Assembly (NCBI GenBank): GCA_963751345.1
Contig: CAVVUS010000021.1
Location: forward strand, 1-64,000
Length of the DNA stretch: 64,000 nt
From: an uncultured Chloroflexia bacterium
GTDB lineage: Bacteria > Chloroflexota > Anaerolineae > B4-G1 > SLSP01
Reading direction: 5' to 3'
Shown here: positions 1 through 9,996 of the stretch, piece by piece
How the letters are laid out: the number at the start of each line of letters is the position of its first letter
How positions within the stretch are numbered: position 1 is the stretch's first letter
Made by a program: the position numbers and the translations under genes
The notes under the pieces: model-generated
Told to the model about the DNA's origin: nothing
Seen by the model: only the letters and a program-made list of their open reading frames with translations
Databases searched by the model: none

Positions 1-51
1 CCAACTGCTTGACAATTGACAGTGGGCACATGACATAGAAAGGACTTTACC

Positions 52-405
52 GTGACGACGCTCAAGAGAGTTACCACGCCATGGTCGTACTCCCTGGCCG
101 TAGCTGGCGGTGACTTTGTGTTCCTGGGTCTACACCGCGGCGGTGGTTCGGACTTTGCCGCACAGTTCGATGATGCGATGAGGTACCTGTCGCAGACCCT
201 GGCAACCTTGGGTCTGACGCTTGTCGACCTGGTGAAGGTCAACGTCTGGCTCAAGCACGTTGAGGACCTGCCCGCGATGGAGAAGCGCTTCCTCAACTAT
301 TTCGCGGAAGGCACTTTCCCGGCACGGATGACCGCGACCACTGAGTTCATTGACGACGATTGCCTCCTCATGATCGAGGGAACAGCCTACCGAGGAAGCG
401 CGTGA
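52..405 (+). CDS. RidA/YjgF/YER057c/UK114 family protein
   Basis: 117 aa; YSLAV..GDFVFL, DLVKVNVWL, FPARMT and LLMIEGTA motifs typical of the Rid family; SD AAAGGA upstream of GTG. Confidence 0.85.
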   Translation: MTTLKRVTTPWSYSLAVAGGDFVFLGLHRGGGSDFAAQFDDAMRYLSQTLATLGLTLVDLVKVNVWLKHVEDLPAMEKRFLNYFAEGTFPARMTATTEFIDDDCLLMIEGTAYRGSA

Positions 406-459
406 TGCGATCGCGCTACAGACGATTCCACAGGAGGTGAGCTGGATGGACCCTATGCG

Positions 460-684
460 ATGGAACGTCAGGTGGAAAGCTGCGCCTATTGCGATGACTT
501 CGTCTGCGAGAAAGTTAGCCACCTGATGTCGGAGCGGCTGGGCATGCGCATCTTCCTGCATCGCCGTATGGCCGACCTGACGGAAGCGGAGTCTGCCCTC
601 TGCATCCGCTAGTTCGAAAGCATGCCCAACATCTCGGAGATGCTGGTGGATGCAGGCAAGCTGCCCAGGGTAGCCGAAGCTTAA
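460..684 (+). pseudogene. Remnant of a small Cys-rich (DUF3795-like) protein with an in-frame TAG
   Basis: Reads MERQVESCAYCDDFVCEKV...LCIR*FESMPN...; TAG at 610-612; the strong SD AGGAGG (432-437) precedes an ATG at 446 in a different frame. Confidence 0.4.
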
Positions 685-723
685 GGCTAAGCGTGACGTC
701 TATGCTAGGACAAGGAGACCATC

Positions 724-2016
724 GTGAAACGTTCGATCTGGTCGGGTGTCGGTTGGATAGTGCTGATCCTCATGACGTGGGTGCTGGGCGGCTGTGCGGC
801 GGTACCGACAAGCGAAGTGCCGGCGGCGACGGGCCTGCCGCCTACCCTCACACCGACGACCGTGCCCCTATCTACGGTGACACTCGCCCCCGAGCTCACC
901 GTGGCTCTGCCTGTCGATCCGGCCACCTTGATCAGGTGGACCTACGCCACCCAGGGCGCCATCTGGGGAGCGCCCACCGTCGCTGGCGGCGTTGTCTATG
1001 TGGGCAGCGACGATGGCTACCTCTACGCCGTGGACGATGCCTCGGGCACGCTGACCTGGGCCTTCGCCACACAGGGCATCATCCGTTCCCAGCCGGCGAT
1101 CGCTCAAGGCCGCATCTTCATATCCAGCGATGATGGATACGTCTACGCGATCGATTCCGAGCGCGGCACACAGGTCTGGCGGACCGACATCGGCAACGTA
1201 CTGGCGCGCGACCTGCGCGAGAAGCTCGGCGGATCAGACCCCAGCGACTATGATTACCGGCAGTCCTCCCCTGTGGTAGCGGAAGACAAGGTCTTTGTCG
1301 GCAGCTTTGACGGCAAGATCTACGCTCTGGCCCTCGACACCGGCGAAGTGTTATGGACCTACCAAACCCGGGATAAGGTGCGTGCCACGCCGGCGGTGGT
1401 CGACGGCACAGTCTACGTCGGCAGCTGGGACCGCTCGACCTATGCCCTCGACGCCGCGACAGGTGACCTACGCTGGAAGACAAACCTCGACGGTCAGATC
1501 CAGTCGACGGCGCTCCTGGCGGGCGATTTGCTTTTCACTGCGAGCCGCAGGGCCGCTGTCTTCGCACTCGATCGAGGGACCGGTGAGAAGGTGTGGGACT
1601 TTGGCTATGGGCTCAACCTGTGGGTGGAATCTTCCGCGGTCCTGGCCGCCGACACCATCTACATCGGTAGCTCCGGAAGCAAGATGATCTACGGATTCGG
1701 CACAGAGAAAGGGTCCCTGCAGCTGATGTACGCCACGGGTATGTTCTGCTGGGCAACACCGGTTGTAGCCGGTGAGACCCTGCTAATCGGCTGTACACAC
1801 ACTGAGGGCAATCCACAAGGGCTCTTCGCCTATGCCTTTGGACCAAAGCCGGATAACCCTAACCTGATGGCCTTGACAGAGCAATGGCATCTGCCGATGA
1901 CGGAAACGCTGGAGGCAGAGGGCACCTGGTATGGGGCCGCCTCCGGTCCGGTGCTGTCCCAGGGCGTGCTCTACTTCGGCGGGCTGGATGGCGTGCTCTA
2001 CACGCTCAGCGAATAA
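724..2016 (+). CDS. Lipoprotein with PQQ-like (BamB-type) beta-propeller repeats
   Basis: Signal peptide with lipobox LGGC, Pro/Thr linker, repeated 'SSP.V.dg.VyvGS.Dg.lYAld..tG...W' blades; SD AAGGAG. Confidence 0.85.
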   Translation: MKRSIWSGVGWIVLILMTWVLGGCAAVPTSEVPAATGLPPTLTPTTVPLSTVTLAPELTVALPVDPATLIRWTYATQGAIWGAPTVAGGVVYVGSDDGYLYAVDDASGTLTWAFATQGIIRSQPAIAQGRIFISSDDGYVYAIDSERGTQVWRTDIGNVLARDLREKLGGSDPSDYDYRQSSPVVAEDKVFVGSFDGKIYALALDTGEVLWTYQTRDKVRATPAVVDGTVYVGSWDRSTYALDAATGDLRWKTNLDGQIQSTALLAGDLLFTASRRAAVFALDRGTGEKVWDFGYGLNLWVESSAVLAADTIYIGSSGSKMIYGFGTEKGSLQLMYATGMFCWATPVVAGETLLIGCTHTEGNPQGLFAYAFGPKPDNPNLMALTEQWHLPMTETLEAEGTWYGAASGPVLSQGVLYFGGLDGVLYTLSE

Positions 2017-2183
2017 GGCAGTGTGACGCCGTGTTCTGATGGAGGATCTACGCTCTGGGGAGGAAAGACCTGAAGGAAATGGACGTCCTACTCACCGGGC
2101 TTTTCTCACTGGGACAGAATCGGGAGTCTTCTGAGGGATCTGGACTACAATCAACGCCACAATCCACTATTGGAGGAAGGCCC

Positions 2184-3422
2184 ATGACCCTTTCGCAGAC
2201 AGACAAGACAATCCTGAGAGAACTGGGGCGGCAGATCGCCGAGATCGCGGCCCTGCCGGTTCAGCAAGAGACGATCAACCTCTGGAAGGCACTCAACGGC
2301 CTGAAGCCCGTCCGGCCGATGGTTCTCATCGACCAGGTTTGCTGGCACGAGATGGACGTCGATGGCGAGCTAGCCCTACGCACTGAGAATCCATTCTGCC
2401 GCGCCATCGAGACCCGACTGCGCAGGACCCTCTACGCCTGGCGTCACATGCGCGTCGACATGGTGGTCGACCCGTGGATCGACATCCCTATGAAGATCGA
2501 TGGCGCACACCTCGGCATCCAGCCAATCGAGGACCGGTCGGTGCTCGATCCCGCTAACGACGTCGTCGGGCACTATTACATCGATCAACTCAAGACCGAG
2601 GAAGATCTTGAGAAAATCCGCATGCCCGAGGTCTCACTCGACGAGGAGGCCACGGCTCTAGCGGAGGCTCAGGCCCACGAGATCTTCGACGGCATCCTCG
2701 ACGTGCGGATGCAGGGCATTGAGCCGGGTTTCGCCGTCTGGGATCGTATCGTGGAATGGCACGGCGTCGAAGCGTCCCTCGTCGATCTGATCGATCGCCC
2801 GGACTTCATCCACAGGATGATGGCGCGCATCACCAATGCCTACTTATCGATGCTCGATCAACTCCAGGACCAGGGCCTCCTACACCAGCCGCAGTCGCTG
2901 ATTCACTGCACCGGCGCCTACACCGACGAGCTTCCCGCGCCGGGCTTTGACCCCGCGCGCCCGAGGGCGAAGGATCTCTGGACGATGGGCATGGCCCAGA
3001 TCTTCGTCTCGGTCTCGCCCGCGATGCACCAGGAGTTCGATGTAGACTACGCCGTGAAGTGGTATGAGCGCTTCGGCCTCGGCTACTACGGCTGTTGCGA
3101 GCCGCTCGACACCAAGATCGACATCGTTCGCAAGATCCCCAACCTGCGCAAGATCTCGATGAGCCCTTGGGTGAAGGTCGAGCGCGGGGCCGAGCGCATC
3201 GGGGGCGACTTTGTCTTCTCGCGAAAGCCCAGCCCCGCGCTGCTAGCCACCGACACCTTGCACGCCGCCGCCGTCCGGGCGGACCTTGAGGCAACACGTG
3301 ACGCCTGCGCACGCCACGGCACGCCGCTGGAGTTCATCCTCAAGGACATCAGCACCGTCCGCTACGATCCCCAGCGTCTATGGGAGTGGGCTGACATCGC
3401 GATGCAGGTCGTACGGGCCTGA
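2184..3422 (+). CDS. Uroporphyrinogen decarboxylase/methyltransferase-like TIM-barrel protein of unknown function
   Basis: ATG 2184 after GGAGG; motifs 'G.E..L.DL.D.P..IH', 'VSP.M..EF', 'YYGCCEPLD', 'KISMSPW'. Confidence 0.65.
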   Translation: MTLSQTDKTILRELGRQIAEIAALPVQQETINLWKALNGLKPVRPMVLIDQVCWHEMDVDGELALRTENPFCRAIETRLRRTLYAWRHMRVDMVVDPWIDIPMKIDGAHLGIQPIEDRSVLDPANDVVGHYYIDQLKTEEDLEKIRMPEVSLDEEATALAEAQAHEIFDGILDVRMQGIEPGFAVWDRIVEWHGVEASLVDLIDRPDFIHRMMARITNAYLSMLDQLQDQGLLHQPQSLIHCTGAYTDELPAPGFDPARPRAKDLWTMGMAQIFVSVSPAMHQEFDVDYAVKWYERFGLGYYGCCEPLDTKIDIVRKIPNLRKISMSPWVKVERGAERIGGDFVFSRKPSPALLATDTLHAAAVRADLEATRDACARHGTPLEFILKDISTVRYDPQRLWEWADIAMQVVRA

Positions 3423-3444
3423 TCCGCTCCGCCGGGGCGGAGAC

Positions 3445-6400
3445 CTACACGCCCCGGTCCCACTCCATCGTCGGATAGCTGCGCCGGAAGCCCAAGGCTT
3501 CGAGAATCGAGGCCCCGTCGCTATCCAGGATCGGCTGACCATTCCATGTGGCGACGGTGATACGACGCTCGAATCCAGCCAGGTGGTCGAGAAGCTCGCC
3601 GATCGCACGCTGGACGAGGCCGTCGTCCGCGCCCTCGATCGTGGTCAGATCGGCCCCGGTGCTGCTAGCTACGAGCAGCGGCAGTCCCCGGTGCAGCACC
3701 AGCCAGGTCGAGGGCAGGCGCGAGAACGCGATAGGCTCGCCCGACGCGCTGACCGGCCCGTCCTCCCGCGTGGGGCCGTATAGATTGGCCGGATCGCACG
3801 CGCTCATCACGACGACCGCGGCGTCCGCCGGGTCGTCTCGCAGGGCGCGCAGCCGCTCCACCACGTCGGGCAGCGCGAACTGCGGGCCGGGCAGCCCCTG
3901 GACGAAATAGCCGCGCCGCAGCTCACCGCGCAGCTCCATCCGCTGGAGGTGGCTGTAGATGAGTGGCCAATCCCACGCGCCCGCCTCATCGGCCAGGCTC
4001 TCGCGCGTGACCACACCATAGCGTGCCAGCAGCTGCCGTGCCTGCCGAGCCGCACGCTCCGCCTCCGTCACCGGCTTGCCAAGGATACCGAAGCGGTGAA
4101 CCGATGTCCAGCGGCCGACCCAGCTGGGCGCCGCCGAGGCGGCGACGTGCGAATAAGCCGGACGCTGATGCTCGAGCCGCTCGCGCACGCGGCGCTTGGC
4201 GGAACGGTAGCGAGAAGGGTCCGACAAGCGCGTGACACGTCGGTCGGGCACGCCCAGATCCGCCTTGCGTCGAGCCAATTCCTCCTCCAGCGAGCTGAGA
4301 GGCCGCCTCGGCTGGCTACGTGACTCGCCGTCCGATCGGACTGTGGCAACCGGCGATGCCGTCTCGACGATCGTGCGCATCGCCTCCAGGCTATCGTTGG
4401 TGACCAGCCCCGCCATCACCAACTCGACGAGCGCGCCCTCGACCCTCGATGCCTCCAGCTCCAGCGCCGAGACGAGGTCATTGAAGAAGACGGCACCTTC
4501 CGACTTGAGGAAAGCATAGACCGCCTGCGCAGCCTCACCGAGATCGCCGAGATCCGGCGGCGACTCGAGGTAGGTGTGGCCCTCCCCACGGAAGAGGAAC
4601 TGTACGCGGCTTCGCCGCGGATCGACGCCGCCCGAGCCGATCCAGGCGACCTCCCCGCTCTGGCAAAGGCTGTCGAGCTCTGAAGGTTCGTAGGCACGCA
4701 GCCGCAGTGGAAGGACATCGCGCTCCCAGACGCGGCCCACGACCGGGGCGGCACGCAACTGCTGCAACACCGTCACCAGGGCGCCGTCGCCGGAAAGCCG
4801 CTCGCGGGGATGGAGGTGCTGCCAGCGCGCCAGAAAGTCCGCATAGGTCGTGAAGGGGACCGGCTGTACCTCCGCGCGCAGGATGCCCATCGTGCGGCGG
4901 TGGATCTGTTCCAGGGCTCGCCGGTCGACAAACTCCGCCACGGCGCCGTCGGTGGCGGAAGAGGACGGACGAGGCGTGAAGCGCCCGTGGACGAGCTCGC
5001 GCGCCTCGATGAGCCGCTCCAACTCCGCCTGTAGCCAATCCTCAGGGAAGCCATAGCGTGCCAGGATGGTCTCCAGGGTCACGGGTCCGGCCTGGCCAAG
5101 GTACCGCTCCAGGATCGTGCGCCGTGCTACCCCTATCTCCTCTTCCCCCCGTGGAGAGAAGGCGGCGGGGGTGGAGGCTGGCGCCAGGTCGAACGCCGCC
5201 ACGTAGTCCGAAACGTACTCCGCAGGGACCCATCGGTAGTCGCTGCCGCGGCGCGTAGGGATCTCCAATCCGTAGAGACGTCCCTCCCCTGTAAGTCGGG
5301 CGATCCAACTCGAGGGGTCCACAGAGGTCCGCTGCGCGATCTCGCTCGATGACAGATCGCCCAGTTGCAGAAGCAGCACAGCCAACTCCTCCGACGTGCG
5401 GGCCCATGCCGTGGGAGCCGTGTGCTGCAGGCGATCCTGGACGGCCTCGATGGCCTCGGGCCGCAGCAATTCGTCGAGCGCGACGTCCTTGAGCAGATCC
5501 TGCAGCAGATCGCGATTCACCGCCAACGTCTGGAGCTGGCGCTCGGCCCGCGGCGTGTCCTGCTCATACATCCGGGTGCTGACAAAGTCCCAGAGCAGGC
5601 TCTGGGCGACCGGGGAGGGCGTCACCGATTCGACGGCCACGATCTCCATGGTCCCCTGCTGAATGGCACCCAGGATCTCCTCAAGGTGGGGCAGATCCAG
5701 CACATCCTCCAGACAATCACGATAGGTCTCAGCCACAATCGGGAAATCCTCAAAGTGGCGGACCACTTGCAGGAGATCCCTGGCCCTCAGCCGCTGCAGC
5801 CAGAAGGGCGTACGCTTTCCTGGTCCTGAGCCCGGCAGCAACAAGGCACGCGCCGCATTCTGGCGGAAGTGCGCCCCGAAGACGGCCGAGTCGGGCAGCT
5901 CGTGCAAGATGCGTTCACGCGCTTCGGTCGGCCCCATGTCGGTGACGACGTCAAGGGGGAACTCGGCCTCCGAATCCAGGAGGCGCAGCAAGATGCCGTC
6001 GTCGTTGGTCTCGACCTCGATCTCGACACCCGTGCGCTCGCGGAACGCACCCGCCAGCGCCAGGCCCCACGGGCCGTTGACGCGTCCCCCGAAAGGGGAG
6101 TGGACCACGAGCCGCGGGTCGCCCAGGGGATCGACGAAGACCTCAACCAGGATGGCACGATCGGAGGAGAGGGTGCCGGCGTGGGCCAATTGCCCGGCAA
6201 GATAGTCGACCGTGTGCCACGCGGAGCGTGCATCCAGAGCGTAACACGCCTGAAGCCATGCCAGCAGATCCTGCACCTCCGGGGTGTCGCGCAGACCTCC
6301 AAGCTCGCGGAGATCGTCTACGCCAAGCTGGCGCCCGACCACCTCGATATGCTCGGCGACGAGACGCCGGAATGCTCCCACCTTGACGCCGAGCTCGTAA

Positions 6401-8293
6401 GGCCGCCAGGGGAAATCGCCCCGCCAGAAGGGCATCCGTGGGGTTGCGCCCGGCGCAGGTGCAACGAGGACCCGGTCGTCGGTGAGATCAATCACGCGCC
6501 AGACCTGGGAACCCAGCATCATCGTGTCGCCGATGCGCGTTTCGAAGATGAACTCCTCGTCCAGCTCCCCCAGCTTGGTCTTGCCGTCGCCAAGATAGGC
6601 CCCAAATGCACCCGAATCCGGGATCGTGCCCCCGTTGGTCAGCGCCATCATCCGCGATCCGGGCAGAGCAGCCAGCTTGTTGTTCACACGATCCCAGCTC
6701 AGCCGGGCGCGAAGCTCGCGGTAGGATTGGCTGGGATACCGCCCTGCCAGCATCTCCAGTGTGGCCTGGAACGCACGCCAGGTCAGGTCGTTATAGGGAT
6801 AGGCACACCGAATCAGGTCAAACAGCGCTTCGACGTCCTGCGTCTCCACCGAGACCATCGCCACAATCTGCTGCGCCAACACGTCGAGGGGATGGCGCGG
6901 CGTATACGTCGGCTCGACCTCGCCCCGCAGCATCCCGCCCGCAATTGCCGCGGCCTCCACCACATCCTCGCGGTGGGTAGGAAAGATGCGGCCTTTGCTG
7001 GTCTGCCCCACGAGGTGCCCCGAGCGCCCCACACGCTGCAGGCCCTGGGATACCGATTTGGGCGACTGCAGTTGCACGATCAAGTCGACGGAACCGATAT
7101 CGATGCCCAGTTCAAGGGAAGACGTGCCGACAAGGACGGGCAATTCGCCGGCTTTGAGCTGGCGCTCCATCTCCAGGCGGGCTTCCTTCGCGACACTGCC
7201 GTGGTGAACGCGGACCGGCACTCCCTGTCCCGACGCTCCCGCAAGGCCCTTCCCGGTCGCCATCAATCCGATACCCTTGACGACGCCGTCCTCGATCAAA
7301 CCCGTTGCCCTGCCCGCAGCCTCCGCCGCCATCTGTTCGTTCAGTCGGTCGGCGGTCTGCTCGGCCAGCCGGCGATTGTTGGTAAAGACGAGCGTGGTTT
7401 GATGTTCGCCGAATGAGCTCCAGGACCCGTGGGATGATCGAGGGCCAGATGGAGTCCCCGGGCAGATTACGGAAGTCATCGACAGGCGTGACAACCTGAA
7501 GGTCGAGCGGCTTCTGATAGCCGGCATCGACGATCGTGACCGGCCGGGGAACCAGAACGCGCTCCTCGCCTCGGGCCTCCCACTGGCTGCCACCCAGGAA
7601 ATGGGCTACCTCCTCCAGCGGCCGGATCGTCGCCGACAGACCCAGGCGCTGGACGCCCTGATCGGCAAGGGCCTGCAGCCGTTCAAGACTCAGGGCCAGG
7701 TGAACGCCGCGCTTGTTGCCCGCCAGCGTATGGATCTCATCCACGATCACCGTGCGCACAGAGCGGAACATGTCACGGGCCTTTGGGCTGGTGAGCAGGA
7801 GATAGAGGGACTCCGGGGTCGTGATAAGGATGTCCGGTGGCTGCTTGAGCATCGCGCGCCGCTCGCGCTGAGGCGTATCCCCAGAGCGCACAGCGACACG
7901 GATCGGCGGCAGATCCAGCCCCATGTCCTTGGCCTTGTGACGGATGCCGGCCAACGGTCGCCTCAGGTTGCGGTGGATGTCGTTGTTGAGGGCCTTCAGG
8001 GGCGAGATGTAGAGCAGCCTCACACCCGCGTCGTCCTCGGCTGATGCTCTCTCCTGCCCCTGCGGCTGAGACGGCAACTCACGAAACAACTGGTCGATCC
8101 CCCACAGGAACGCAGCCAGCGTCTTGCCCGAGCCGGTAGGCGCCAGGATCAGGGTATGCTCACCACGCTGAATTGCAGGCCAGCCCTGCTTCTGCGGCGG
8201 CGTGGGTGCACCAAACGTCTCGCGGAACCAGGCCGCTACCGGGGCGAGAAACACGGAAAGGTCGTATTCGGGCGCGTCCGAATCTGTAGACAA
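3445..8293 (-). CDS. lhr: Large ATP-dependent SF2 helicase Lhr with extended C-terminal winged-helix/AlkZ-like region (one +1 frameshift near 7409)
   Basis: APTGSGKT, YISPLKAL, TTPESL, DEIH, GLSAT, HHGS, TSSLELGIDIG, QRVGRSGH, GTIPD, LDEEF, PFWRG motifs split over ORFs 7112-8488 and 3445-7593; probable TTG start at 8293 after GAGGGAG. Confidence 0.93.
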
Positions 8294-8445
8294 AGATAAC
8301 CGCTCCCTCTGCTGTGATCTACGTTCCCCAAGTATACTACGCAACCTCTCGAACATCGCGCCTTTTCGGAGCGACGACCTCGCAACGCTGAGTCGCAGAG
8401 GGAGTAAGGCGAGGAGGCAGAACCGAAAACTGCTCCCGCAGATGG

Positions 8446-8473
8446 TTGCACTTAGGCGAATTTGTTGTAGGCT
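8446..8473 (+). promoter_or_regulatory. Putative housekeeping-sigma promoter of metK (TTGCAC-N16-TAGGCT)
   Basis: Hexamers at 8446-8451 and 8468-8473; predicted start (~8480) falls just before the first leader hairpin. Confidence 0.55.
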
Positions 8474-8480
8474 ATAGGGC

Positions 8481-8605
8481 AGTGCCACGCGCCGGATTCC
8501 ATGCGATGCGTGGCACTCAGCAGCGAATAGTTACAGGGTGGGCCCGCCCTGGATATTCGTGTCGAGCACGAGGTATCGATACCAACCTGGAAGGGGATAT
8601 ACGCT
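8481..8605 (+). ncRNA. Candidate riboswitch (SAM-III/SAM-VI-like architecture) in the metK 5' leader
   Basis: 10-bp hairpin 8481-8490/8508-8517; three-way junction 8553-8558/8595-8600, 8559-8565/8576-8582, 8586-8588/8592-8594 burying SD AAGGGG; competing helix 8524-8529/8554-8559. Confidence 0.55.
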
Positions 8606-9823
8606 ATGACACTGTCCTTTATGCAAGACCCGCAGTACTTCCTGACGTCAGAGTCCGTGACGGAGGGACACCCCGACAAGATGTGCGACCAGATTTCCGA
8701 CGCGGTGCTGGACGCAATACTTGCGGAGGATCCGGATGCTCGCGTGGCGTGCGACTGTGTGGCGACGACCGGCCTGGTGCTGGTGACCGGCGAGATCACG
8801 ACCTCAGCCTATGTCGACATCGCCGATCTTGCCCGGAAGACAATCACCGACATCGGCTACGACCGGGCCAAGTATGGTTTTGACGGCGAGACCTGCGGTG
8901 TGATCGTCTCCATCAAGGAGCAGAGCGCAGACATCGCATTGGGCGTTGACGAGGCTCTGGAGCACAAACAGGGCCAGATGAGCGAAGACGAACTGATCGA
9001 GACCATCGGTGCCGGCGACCAAGGGATGATGATGGGATTCGCCTGCACAGAGACACCGGAGTATATGCCGCTCTCGATCTCATTGGCACACAAGCTGGTA
9101 CGGCGTCTGGCCGAGGTTCGGAAGAACGGGACGCTGCCCTACTTGCGCCCTGACGGCAAGAGCCAGGTGACCGTCGAGTACGCTTACGGCAAGGTGAAGC
9201 GCATCGCCACGGTCGTCATCGCAACCCAGCATCACCCGGATGTGACCCACGACCAGATCGAGGCTGACATCATCAAGCACGTTGTTCGGCCCGTGATTCC
9301 GGAGAAATACCTGGACGCGGACACGAATTTCCTGATCAATGCTACGGGCCGCTTCGTTACCGGTGGCCCGGCGGGGGACGCAGGCCTGACCGGCCGCAAG
9401 ATCATCGTCGACACCTACGGTGGCATAGCACGCCACGGTGGGGGCTGCTTCTCCGGCAAGGATCCGACGAAGGTCGACCGCTCCGCAACCTATATGACCC
9501 GCTACATCGCCAAGAATCTCGTCGCGGCCGGCGTTGCCGAGCGCATAGAAGTCCAGGTGAGTTACGCAATCGGCGTGGCTCACCCGACCAGCGTAGCCGT
9601 GGAGACTTTCGGGACGGGCGTGATCCCCGATGAGAAGATCGTCGAGCTCGTCAGGGACAACTTCGACATGCGTCCGGGTGCCATCATCCGTGACCTCGGC
9701 CTTCGCCGCCCCATCTACAAGCAGATAGCCGCCTATGGCCATTTCGGACGCGATGACCTGGATCTGCCCTGGGAGCGCCTCGATAAAGTTGAGACACTGA
9801 AGGCGCAAGCAGGGATCGCCTAA
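8606..9823 (+). CDS. metK: S-adenosylmethionine synthetase
   Basis: [65 protein letters not shown]. Confidence 0.99.
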   Translation: MTLSFMQDPQYFLTSESVTEGHPDKMCDQISDAVLDAILAEDPDARVACDCVATTGLVLVTGEITTSAYVDIADLARKTITDIGYDRAKYGFDGETCGVIVSIKEQSADIALGVDEALEHKQGQMSEDELIETIGAGDQGMMMGFACTETPEYMPLSISLAHKLVRRLAEVRKNGTLPYLRPDGKSQVTVEYAYGKVKRIATVVIATQHHPDVTHDQIEADIIKHVVRPVIPEKYLDADTNFLINATGRFVTGGPAGDAGLTGRKIIVDTYGGIARHGGGCFSGKDPTKVDRSATYMTRYIAKNLVAAGVAERIEVQVSYAIGVAHPTSVAVETFGTGVIPDEKIVELVRDNFDMRPGAIIRDLGLRRPIYKQIAAYGHFGRDDLDLPWERLDKVETLKAQAGIA

Positions 9824-9850
9824 GCCAATCTGTCACGGCAAGCCATTCAG

Positions 9851-9886
9851 GAACTCCCTCCTCGATTTGAGGAGGGAGTTCTTCTT
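9851..9886 (+). terminator. Intrinsic terminator after metK
   Basis: Perfect 13-bp stem GAACTCCCTCCTC/GAGGAGGGAGTTC with a 5-nt loop, followed by TTCTT. Confidence 0.8.
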
Positions 9887-9959
9887 GTCACGAGAAGTAT
9901 GAAGTACGGGGTAAGATCGCTCTCCCTACTGCCTACTCACCTCCTTACTCCTCTGCTCC

Positions 9960-9987
9960 TTGAGTCCGCGCCGTCCGATGCTAAGAT
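9960..9987 (+). promoter_or_regulatory. Putative promoter TTGAGT-N16-TAAGAT (extended -10), probably near-leaderless
   Basis: TG.TAAGAT 9 nt upstream of ATG 9997; no SD in between. Confidence 0.5.
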
Positions 9988-9996
9988 AGCATCACT

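Noticed and set aside
5869-7416. Long antisense ORFs (for example 5869-7416, 38002-39651, 48097-49383, 53330-54556)
   Set aside because: They are shadow frames of well-supported genes on the opposite strand, expected in GC-rich DNA, and carry no motifs.
8572-8583. Palindrome GGTATCGATACC as a repressor operator for metK
   Set aside because: It occurs once, about 90 nt downstream of the predicted start, matches no methionine-regulator box I know, and is explained by the RNA fold. It is not fully excluded.
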